From contig MTSL01000101.1 of NCBI GenBank assembly GCA_002794465.1, positions 40,793 to 72,792 on the forward strand: a DNA stretch of 32,000 nt, in the 5' to 3' direction. Positions 1 through 8,302 of the stretch are shown here, one piece after another. Numbering within the stretch: the first letter of the stretch is position 1; each line of letters opens with the position of its first letter. Under the pieces are notes generated by a model. The model had not been told where the DNA came from, made no database searches, and saw only the letters and a list, made by a program, of their open reading frames with translations. This DNA is from Paramicrosporidium saccamoebae KSL3 (taxonomy: Eukaryota > Fungi > Cryptomycota). The position numbers were made by a program, and so were the translations under genes.

Positions 1-252
1 CTTGGCCAATTTAGAGTAGCTTGTTCGTGTTTCCTGTAGTTGCTTCCATAAAGCCATCTTCTGTGCGCTTTCAATGGCCTGCAACTAATATATATGAGCA
101 CGGACACGACCAAGTACAATGCTTTCGGGTGCAAAACTAAACTCATCGGCCCCGATGGGCTTTTCAAACTTTATCCTCTTAGCCGGTGCAATAGACTCTG
201 TGTTATTATCGTTCATTTGAGTTTCGGGCAGAGATCTTTGAGCGTCATCCAT
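1..252 (-). CDS. 5' part of a gene running off the window start; N-terminus resembles Bre1/RNF20-type H2B E3 ubiquitin ligase
   Basis: Not in ORF track. ATG at 252, exon 252-118, 33-nt GT-AG intron 117-85, exon 84-1 open to the edge: MDDAQRSLPETQMNDNNTESIAPAKRIKFEKPIGADEFSFAPESI|LQAIESAQKMALWKQLQETRTSYSKLAK. The PAKRIK basic motif plus QKxALWKQLQE resembles the Bre1 N-terminal QKxAIxRQMxEY motif (from memory; only 73 aa visible). Confidence 0.5.
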
Positions 253-314
253 TATGACGGTGCCTCGACCCCCTGGTGTCGACGAAGAGTTCTCGCAAAC
301 CGGTAGACCTCGAC

Positions 315-509
315 ATGAATCAACAAGAATTGGAGGAATTCGCGCAATTCCTGCGCATGGCAGAAATGTCTAATCGTGGGGCTGCTTCAGGAGCGTCCCG
401 TGAAGGACCCTCGTGGTGGGGAACATACCAAGCAAAATCATTTCTGAGTATCGGAATGTTCAGTTTGTCAGTCTTCCTTTTCCGGAACTTTGGTCATACT
501 TTGGCATAG
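315..509 (+). CDS. Small tail-anchored protein (64 aa), TOM6-like subunit of the mitochondrial outer-membrane translocase
   Basis: First ATG in ORF 276..509 is at 315. C-terminal KSFLSIGMFSLSVFLFRNFGHTLA resembles the TM segment of animal Tom6 (LNLGLFAAGVWLARNL) and plant small Tom (KLLRALGMFAGGVVLMRSYGDLM). Alternative start: ATG 254 with a 25-nt intron 303-327 keeps the frame. Confidence 0.5.
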   Translation: MNQQELEEFAQFLRMAEMSNRGAASGASREGPSWWGTYQAKSFLSIGMFSLSVFLFRNFGHTLA

Positions 510-605
510 TCAATTGGCGGGCATTTATCTATGTAACGTGTGAAGATCGGTAGTTGGCAATACACGATGCATTATTTATTTCTGGCTAAACTAGCATGCT
601 TTGTT

Positions 606-1733
606 CTACTGCGATTTGCATTCCTCGGGGTTTGCCTTGTGCGCGCCGCCCGAGCGATTCTGACGATGCTGTCCAGGTCTCGAAGGGTTGCGCGGAGGGA
701 GATCATCACTGCTGTCATCTTCGTCCTCCTCGTCTTCGTCCTCATCGTCTTCGTCGTCATCTTCGTCGTAGTCATCCTCGTCTTCAAAGTAGTCGTCCTC
801 GTCCTCAAGTTCGGCATATTCCAAGGCTCTTCCGGTGAACCAGTCGACAGCATTGGGGACAATTTGATCTTTTAAGACTTCTCCAATCTCGTAATCAACT
901 TGCAAGCGGGCTTCCAATTCGTTAATGTCCTCGCTATCTTCTTCGTCGTCTGCATTCTCAGGAAGAACGGGTGGGATGAAGAAGTGGAAGAACGAGCTTT
1001 GGGGCTCCTCGCGTTTGACGGTGCGTGTTGAATTGTTAGTACGATGACGCTGCGTTCTAACAATTGTCTTGAAACACAGATTCTTATCACCCTTCCAGTT
1101 GATCTCAGTGCCTACTGCATGATCATACACAAAGTCATCGTAGTCGCCCTCATTCTCATCAGGGTTGGCCAAGTGGTATTCTTTAGAGAGTAATGTGTTG
1201 GAGAAGAAATCGTTCGGTGCAAACTCAAAGTCAATCTTGAATCCCGGCTTGCCCGGTAAATAGGAGACGCGGATATCCAATAGTGACGACAATACCTCAG
1301 AGTCGACCTCAGTAATGAGAGCGTTGATATTAGGGTGGGTCTGTAGCGCAGTTAGCCAAAAGTTTGGAATCCCAGTCTTGTCCGATACAGGCTTGGAAGA
1401 CTCTCCAAGTTCCTCCACTCCAGACTCGGTAAAGTTGGCAAGCTCTTCGGCAGTTGGCTCGCGTTTGCCGTTGACAAGCATGTAACGCTCCTCGTTTAAA
1501 GGAACATATTTCGCCAAATACTTTCGCTCAAGCTCTAAGAGTTCTTCACGGAAAGCGTTGGCGATTCCGGAACGTTTTGAGTGCAGATGCTCAAGTGCAT
1601 ACACGCGCTTACGAATAGAAAGCGGCAGGTCACTAAGATAGTCATGATTGTCGCAGCAGCCATGTTCTTCGTCGTGCTCCATTTCAGATATTTTCTTCTT
1701 TAGCATTCCCATATCAAACGTCTCGCGCTTCAT
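606..1733 (-). CDS. NAP1: Nucleosome assembly protein 1 (NAP family histone chaperone)
   Basis: GIPNFWLTAL, FEFAPNDFFSNTLLSKEY, GTEINWK and SFFHFF motifs; long acidic tail; C-terminal ECKSQ like the conserved ECKQQ/S CaaX end of Nap1. Confidence 0.95.
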   Translation of the reverse strand: MKRETFDMGMLKKKISEMEHDEEHGCCDNHDYLSDLPLSIRKRVYALEHLHSKRSGIANAFREELLELERKYLAKYVPLNEERYMLVNGKREPTAEELANFTESGVEELGESSKPVSDKTGIPNFWLTALQTHPNINALITEVDSEVLSSLLDIRVSYLPGKPGFKIDFEFAPNDFFSNTLLSKEYHLANPDENEGDYDDFVYDHAVGTEINWKGDKNLCFKTIVRTQRHRTNNSTRTVKREEPQSSFFHFFIPPVLPENADDEEDSEDINELEARLQVDYEIGEVLKDQIVPNAVDWFTGRALEYAELEDEDDYFEDEDDYDEDDDEDDEDEDEEDEDDSSDDLPPRNPSRPGQHRQNRSGGAHKANPEECKSQ

Positions 1734-1855
1734 GCTTCTAAATGTCGTTGGTCACTCCTGAAAAATGACCCTCGGCTACAAGGGTCTTGTAAGGCCGATA
1801 GAGACCGGGGTAGCTGAGCATCAAGCCAATAACGACCCTTCTGGGATATTACATC

Positions 1856-2923
1856 ATGGCCAACAGCCATAGAAGGAATCTAGGCAATCTCGAATCATTC
1901 CCCTTCGCAGTTCAAGAAGAGCTGGGGGGCATGGCCTCTCCCATGTTTGCGGATACAACTATCGGCTCATCCTGGGTAACGACGGTCGAAGATCCGATAG
2001 ACTCGCTGTCTCGACCAGCCGCGTCAAATCGAGCGGTGCGCACCGATCGCGAAGGACAGACTAGCGGGGGATATTTTGATGCTAGTAATTCCTCATTCCA
2101 ACCAAGCCAGTACCGGAATTCTTTCATAGTAGACCAGACAGCAAATACAAATATGAGCGAGGCCGAGCAACGTCCACATCACATGTTTACGTCCGCAGTG
2201 GCCAATCATGTGCCCACCAGCATGCGGCACACTCATCCCTCGGGGGTTTATTATAGATCACTTGCAGCTCGCACAGAAGCTAGTAACGGGCTTGACAGAG
2301 ACACCCGAAGTGCTATAGAGGCATACGACAAGATGCTCCTGGACGATTCTACCCAGCAATGGCTCGGATTTGACATTTGTGAGTCTAATGGTGGCGAATA
2401 CTCAGAAGAGTATCGGCTTGGAAACATATTGGAAGACGACCGATCAGTATACTGCAGCCGTTTAAAAAAGAATGTAAACATCTTAATGTCCCACAAGTCA
2501 TCTCTTTCTTCCATGAGAGCCGCGCCGTTTTGGCTTGATGAGTTATACATAAGAGTACCTGCGATTGGCTTTACTGCTCCGTTAAAAAACGGATTCATTT
2601 TTGTATGTACTGAAGATGTTCCAATTAATACCTTTGACAACTATGATGAGATCGACACAACAACGCTCCTAGATTGTAACCAAGAAAGTAACGGTCCGGC
2701 TCTCCCTTTAGTTCCCGCCTGTGTTAAGACTGTGCTCTTTTTCCAGTTTGATAGAAATGCCACCACTTTTCATTATCGCTTCCAGTCGGCTGTCAAGGAT
2801 GCACGCTATATATTTGTGAAAATGTTAGGTTCTTTTGGTTCGCGAGACAACATTGATGTCGAGTTTGTTGGATTCAGGGGCAAAGATGGGAAACTGAGCT
2901 TTCCATCTGCAGATCTGTTCTAA
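1856..2923 (+). CDS. Uncharacterised protein: disordered N-half plus C-terminal globular domain (probable galactose-binding-like beta-sandwich)
   Basis: 355-aa uninterrupted ORF. The C-half (CESNGGEYSEEYRLGNILEDDRSVYCS...NILMSH...LYIRVP...YIFVKMLGSFGSRDNIDVEFVGFRG) resembles a conserved uncharacterised fungal family recalled as xDGGxY...NxLxxDxSVYC...NIDI. Confidence 0.6.
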   Translation: MANSHRRNLGNLESFPFAVQEELGGMASPMFADTTIGSSWVTTVEDPIDSLSRPAASNRAVRTDREGQTSGGYFDASNSSFQPSQYRNSFIVDQTANTNMSEAEQRPHHMFTSAVANHVPTSMRHTHPSGVYYRSLAARTEASNGLDRDTRSAIEAYDKMLLDDSTQQWLGFDICESNGGEYSEEYRLGNILEDDRSVYCSRLKKNVNILMSHKSSLSSMRAAPFWLDELYIRVPAIGFTAPLKNGFIFVCTEDVPINTFDNYDEIDTTTLLDCNQESNGPALPLVPACVKTVLFFQFDRNATTFHYRFQSAVKDARYIFVKMLGSFGSRDNIDVEFVGFRGKDGKLSFPSADLF

Positions 2924-3046
2924 GTTCTGACTAGATAAGCTATTTTATAAAGCTTGTGTTTATTGATTTTAAAAGCCCGGCATAGCCTGTATATATGTAG
3001 TTTCGATACTCACGACCGTGCGCCCGTATCCCTGGCGTAGTTGGAC

Positions 3047-4760
3047 ATGACAGATTCTAATCGCACAAAAGTCATACTATTTGCATCCATAAGCGCAATG
3101 GCAGCAGTGGCCGTAGGTTCTTTGGTATGGAATTACTACAAAAGCAAAAAGAGGAACGACATTTCCGTACCCTCTCAGGACGTCCCGGAGACAAATTCCG
3201 AGAACGTATGCCTCATTGTAGCAAATGAATATTTTAGGCCGCCGTATCTCGAGCAGCTGCTTATCGTACACGTGGAAACAAGTATTTTAATGCGGGACGC
3301 TTTAACGAGGCCATCGATTGTTACTCGGATGCAATTCTGAATTATCCGGCAGGCCATTCTGATTTGTCCCTTGCATACGCAAATCGTGCTGCATGCCATT
3401 TGTCCACTAAGAACTATTCTACAGCCCTCGAAGATTGCAATTCGGGTATTGGTAATTTGCATAATATTAATCTTGCCAGCTCTCGAAATCAACCCGAAGT
3501 TCTTAAAAGCAATTGATAGAAGATCTCGGGTGCTGGAGAATCTTGGCCGCCTTGAAGAAGCCCTTGTAGACGCTTTGGCGGCTGCAGCTGTTGACAGCTT
3601 CAAAACTAAGAGCTTCTTCGATCACGTTGAGGATCTTTTGAAGAAATTCAGCGAAGTGAAAGCAAAAGAACTATACAAGGTATTCCTATTGTGTTAGAGT
3701 CGGTACTCATTTGCACTAGGCTCGAAAGCCATCACTGTCCTCGGCATGGATGATCACCCACTTTCTCTCGACATTTCCTAGGGAATGGAACAAGGTCCAG
3801 AAATATGAATCTGGCGAACTAAAAGACTTTTTCTGTAAAGTTTTGTCGCAGAATTATGGTGATGCCTATGCAGAGATCGTTTCACTAGCCAAGAAGAATC
3901 CAGAGTCCCAGAGCTCCGATCTCTATAACTGGCTCGGGACGATGCATTTCTTGGCAGGCGACTTTGAAAATGCCCAACAAGCTTTAACAAAAGCCATCGA
4001 TCTTAATGAAAGCTCCGTCTCTGCTCGTGTCAAGCTGGCGCTGGTCTCGATGGAGCTTGGGCAATATGCTGAAATGACGATGCAGTTGGAGAAGGCTATA
4101 AAAATTGACCCATCAGATGCCTCCTGTTTTTATCATCGAGGTGAGATCTTTGCTTTGAGCAACAACCTGGAATCTGCAGTATCCGAGTTTGCCAGAGCCA
4201 TCCAGTTGGAGCCAGAGTTCATACCTGCATATGTGCATCAGGCTCGAGCCTATATGACGATGAACATGTCATCATCGGCAAGGGATTTTATTCAAAAGGC
4301 TCTGAAACTATTTCCAGAAAACCCAGAGCTCCTTCATGTAATGGGTGAATGCTGGGCAATCGAAGGGCAGTACAATAGAAGTCTGGAATTATTCAGCAAA
4401 GTAGAATTGATGGCCCCTGATTTTCCCCAGGTCTTGTTGAACAAGGCCCTGATCATGAGCAGTATCGAAAATAATGTCGATATGCTGGGACAGAAATTGA
4501 AAGAAATAGTTGCACAATTTCCTTATTTCGACGCTGCACATGTTCAGTTGGCCGGGTTCTACATTGAGAAAAAAGAAACATCCCTTGCTTTAAAACACTA
4601 TGATATTGCTGCTGAACATGCACGTTCTTATCAAGAGCTTGTAACAATTTATTCCATGCGCGCAATTTCTTCGTCCCAAGCTATGGTTGTCGAGAGATTC
4701 CCTGATCTTGCTGCTTCTATTCAGGATCTCTTGCGTTATTCCCCCGTTGGAACTAGTTAG
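3047..4760 (+). CDS. TOM70: Mitochondrial import receptor Tom70 (N-terminal anchor + TPRs), about 535 aa
   Basis: Exons 3047-3205, 3238-3445, 3480-3679, 3720-4760 (introns 32, 34, 40 nt). N-terminal TM AMAAVAVGSLVWNYY, clamp TPR RGNKYFNAGRFNEAIDCYSDAI...YANRAAC, then further TPRs. Confidence 0.92.
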
Positions 4761-4822
4761 TTATTAAGTAGAAGCGTCGATGAAATATTACAAGTGTCAT
4801 TTAGAATCACATGCCATATATA

Positions 4823-5089
4823 TTAAGATTTCTGAACTAATGGAAAATGCCACAGAATGAATAGAAATCGTACCGGGATAAGCTTCGGGAAGAGGAAGAG
4901 AATAAGGATATCCCAGTTTGACAAGTACAGGGCGTCCGACCAGGAATCCAACCGGTCCTAGTATGCATTAAAATCTCTTATAAATGAGGGATTACCTAAG
5001 ATTGCGAGAAAGACAGAAGCTGCAATGACAGGTTCTCTCCGACACGCTAATGTGAATTTATCAAACAGAAGTCGGGTCTGAGACGACAT
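4823..5089 (-). CDS. NDUFA3: NADH:ubiquinone oxidoreductase (complex I) accessory subunit NDUFA3/B9 (fungal 9.5-kDa type), 63 aa
   Basis: Not in ORF track. Exons 5089-4996, 4957-4874, 4836-4823 (introns 38, 37 nt): MSSQTRLLFDKFTLACRREPVIAASVFLAILGPVGFLVGRPVLVKLGYPYSLPLPEAYPVQKS. The A-x-R-E-P...S...G-P...P...LP-x-x-YP pattern matches NUO-9.5/NDUFA3. Confidence 0.8.
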
Positions 5090-5119
5090 GCCGGGGAGCC
5101 TTTCCCAGAGGCGGAATTT

Positions 5120-5470
5120 ATGATTGGGGTGCGGCATTTTACGGTCCTCTCTAGACCCTCTTCGCTAGCATTGAGACTTTTACCGAGTAATCTGTATCAA
5201 GATTCATGTGAACTACTACATGCGGCGATTCGAAATGTGCAACAATTTGCAACTAGTCTGCAGGATTCTCTCCTACTAGCCGTACCGAAGCAAAAGGTCA
5301 CACATGCACGAAAGCGAGAACGCATGGCCACAAAATGGCCTCAGAACATACAGAACATAGTGCGTTGCCATACATGTGGATCGCCAAAATTCATGCATCA
5401 TATTTGCTGGATGTGTTTTAAACGTTTTAGACTGCATGTGAAAGCCAAACTATCAACCAAAGATATTTAA
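5120..5470 (+). CDS. MRPL32: Mitochondrial ribosomal protein bL32m
   Basis: Presequence-like N-terminus, then LLAVPKQKVTHARKRER and zinc ribbon CHTCGSPKFMHHICWMC. Confidence 0.92.
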   Translation: MIGVRHFTVLSRPSSLALRLLPSNLYQDSCELLHAAIRNVQQFATSLQDSLLLAVPKQKVTHARKRERMATKWPQNIQNIVRCHTCGSPKFMHHICWMCFKRFRLHVKAKLSTKDI

Positions 5471-5493
5471 ATCTATAAACGGCGAGCGGATTG

Positions 5494-6222
5494 TTAGCGA
5501 CTAAAATAATGTGAAGATTCGTGCACTCGAGCACACACGCGCCAGCTCGGATTGTAAATGTCGGGACAATATTCGAAAACAACAAACTCTGTGATGGTGT
5601 CACCCTTCGAGTCACAATCGCTACGATGGGAATAGGAAAGCTTAGCAGTCGCCTGGAAGACTCTGATCTTCGAAGGTCCCTGTATTTCAACTGGTGCAAT
5701 TGAGATTAACGATGGGGGCTCTGAAATACAGATTTCGTTAGAAATTCCGGCTGCTTTCTTATTTTTGCGGAGTAGGGGCTTGATCTCCTACACCCGTTAA
5801 TAAAGTGTGCGGAACGCTACAGCGAATAAGCCTTCGGAAACGAATTTGTGCAATTCTTGCTCGCTTCCCCTATCAATATTAAGGGTCCGCACAAATTATT
5901 ACTTTGCCATGGCCTTGACAAATTGAACATATGAAGCAGTCAAGTCTCTGGCGAGATTTGCAACAGAAAAACCGGGAATAACTTTCCACATACGATACAG
6001 ACTAAACTATCAAGCAGGTTCTACTAGCAAATACCCAAATGCAGTTTTGACGCTCTGGACAAGTCGAAACCAGCGCTCTTTGACTCCGCTGCGAGACAGC
6101 AATCTTGGTCGCTTCTCCTTTGATACAGGGACAAAGTCGATAACCGGCTTACTGATAGTGCCGAGGTATATAGGTCGCCTCATTGGGCGAAAAACAGCTG
6201 GCGTGCATTTTCTGAGGATCAT
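5494..6222 (-). CDS. MRPL45: Tim44-like domain mitoribosome-associated protein mL45/Mba1, about 209 aa
   Basis: Exons 6222-6035, 6001-5903, 5869-5821, 5787-5494 (three 33-nt introns). Basic presequence MILRKCTPAVFRPMRR. C-terminal TEFVVFEYCPDIYNPSWRVCARV matches the Tim44-domain end motif (EYVVFE...WR) of mL45/Mba1. Confidence 0.75.
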
Positions 6223-6304
6223 ACAAATATTGGAACTTGACCTAGGCCGTGGTCGCACAGGTTATGAAATATTTAAAAGCTATATACTTGAAGCCCCCCC
6301 CCCT

Positions 6305-6359
6305 ATTAGCCTGGGTGGCTGTGCTGTCCACCTGGCACGGCCACTCGGAATTAGCTAAT
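6305..6359 (+). other. Strong stem-loop in the largest intergenic gap, preceded by a C10 run; possible structured RNA
   Basis: 6311-6324 pairs with 6335-6348 (14 bp, 3 G-U), 10-nt loop. After a 5-nt bulge, 6305-6310 pairs with 6354-6359. C10 at 6294-6303. Confidence 0.4.
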
Positions 6360-6935
6360 TATAAGATTGATATCTCATTGACATCCACTTAGAACGTTCT
6401 TGGTTACATGACTATGCTTTCGCACCTTTCTAAGCAAATCTCCTTAAAATTCACAATGGTAAAGCGCGGATTGCTAGCTATCGGTTATAAATACAAAATT
6501 CTCCTTGTTCAACATCGTATTGATCAACTAGACCCATGTTTTTAATTCTGAGCGTAGGCTGATAGTAGTACAAATCCGTATATTTTTTTTAGAAATATTG
6601 CCATAATATACATCGCGCCATGTCAGGTTTGCCATTCAATACTGAAAGAATATTATAGCAAACTTTATAATGGGGATCGCACGTTATCAACTACCATGCT
6701 TTTGTTAATTGTGCAGACATTTGAGCGTTGGCTGTGCTGGCATCTAGTAACTCGCGATTGGATATACGTACTATGCACTAATAGACAGCCAACAAGTGGA
6801 TAAGTATTCTTGTAGTTGAGGAGAGTAGTGATTAAATCACGCTGTAATGGCCTGATCTACATCCAACGGCATAATGCTACCTGCAAAACCAGCCATTCAA
6901 TATTAATACGATTTATCGGCTATTTGGAATTAAAA

Positions 6936-8249
6936 ATGACAGTTTGCATTATTGGTGCTGGCCCCGCTGGTCTGACCGTTGCGACAAGGATACTGAAAAA
7001 ATGCCCATCGACAGTTATAAATATAGTGGACGCTAGAGCCACTCCCTTCGGTCTACTGAAATACGGAGTAGCACCAGACCACCCGGAAATTAAGGTATCC
7101 ATAACTCGGAAATGCCACATCTCATATAAAGTCTGGAGTGCCATACTTGCATGAGACCTTGCGAGACAATCGCGTCAATTTTTTCGGGAGCGTGCAGGTA
7201 AATCGTGATATTTCGCTCGCCAAACTATTGGAAATGCACGATTCTGTGGTGATTGCGACAGGGATGACAAAGCCGAGGCTCCTTGGTATACCAGGCGAAG
7301 GTTTGCTTGGCTCCTTCAACGCAGCACAGGTTGTTGGCTGGTATAACGGCGATTCTCAGTATAAAGATATAACCCTGAATCTGAACTGCGTTCGACGCGT
7401 TGCGATCATCGGACATGGGAACGTGGCTCTGGACATAGCCAGGATTTTTCTAAAGACTCCAAATCTCTTGGAGTCCACAGATATTTCAGAAAATGCTCTT
7501 CGAGCGCTTAGAAATTCTAAAGTTGAAGAGATTGATATTATCGGGCGCAGGGGGCCACTTCAGGTAAGCATAGCCAATGTCCTGATAAATAGGTATCATT
7601 CACAACTGCTGAGTTGCGTGAGATGAGAGACCTTGATGTAAATTTCAAAACCGATCGGACGACCGTGCAAGAATGCCTCGAAAAATACAGTAATATTTGG
7701 GAAACTCAGCGCCCCATGAATCGGCTCTTTACACTACTAAAAGACCTGTCAGGTAGATCACCTCAAGTCAAAAATCCTATGCCTTCTAAGACTTGGAGCC
7801 TGCAGTACTTTCTTAGGCCGCAAGCCATATTGGGCAGAAATTGTGTAGAATCTCTCGAGCTTGTGAAGACTTCTCTCTCCAATGGCGAGGTAAAATTACC
7901 CGAAGATCTTAAACGGATGCCAGTTCATGATACATCGCAGGTAGTCCGTATTCCATATGACATGATAATATCGTGTCTGGGATTTATTACTGATCAGAAT
8001 TTTGGGCTGCCATCCAAACCTAGTGGTGCAGTTCTCCAAGATGGTGGTCGAGTTACAGGCTATCCAGGCCTTTACGTATGCGGTTGGGCATCTGTCGGTG
8101 CGGTTGGAGAGTTGGCCTCGACAATACAAAACGCCAGAAATTTAGCCGATGGAATTATTTCGGATTTCGAATCTCGCACACTGAGTTTGACAAAGAACCC
8201 CGGAGAACTAGCATCCTATTTTTCTAAGAATCATATTAAGCACACTTGA
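6936..8249 (+). CDS. ARH1: NADPH:adrenodoxin/ferredoxin oxidoreductase, about 415 aa
   Basis: Exons 6936-7094, 7132-7563, 7593-8249 (introns 37, 29 nt). IIGAGPAG, PFGLLKYGVAPDHPEIK, IIGHGNVALDIAR, GRRGPLQVSFTTAELRE and GLYVCGWA motifs. Confidence 0.95.
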
Positions 8250-8302
8250 AATATAAATTCCGGGCGATGGAGCAAATTAGTTTGTTTTTAGGAAAAAGGG
8301 AT

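Noticed and set aside
540-875. Hydrophobic 111-aa plus-strand ORF (and 572..862)
   Set aside because: Antisense or alternate-frame shadow of the NAP1 acidic GAY/GAR tract.
1734-1830. Upstream NAP1 exon (MLSYPGLYRPYKTLVAE)
   Set aside because: The available donor/acceptor pair joins out of frame to an immediate stop.
6315-6345. Minus-strand GCCAGG...AGCA resembling SRP RNA helix 8
   Set aside because: Only 5 nt lie between CAGG and AGCA, with no GNRA-capped stem; the G-U pairs favour the opposite strand.
6400-6900. Micro-exon gene models on either strand (e.g. MAGFAGHYSNTYPLVGCLL...)
   Set aside because: Every chain of plausible introns hit an early stop or gave an unrecognisable peptide under 45 aa.
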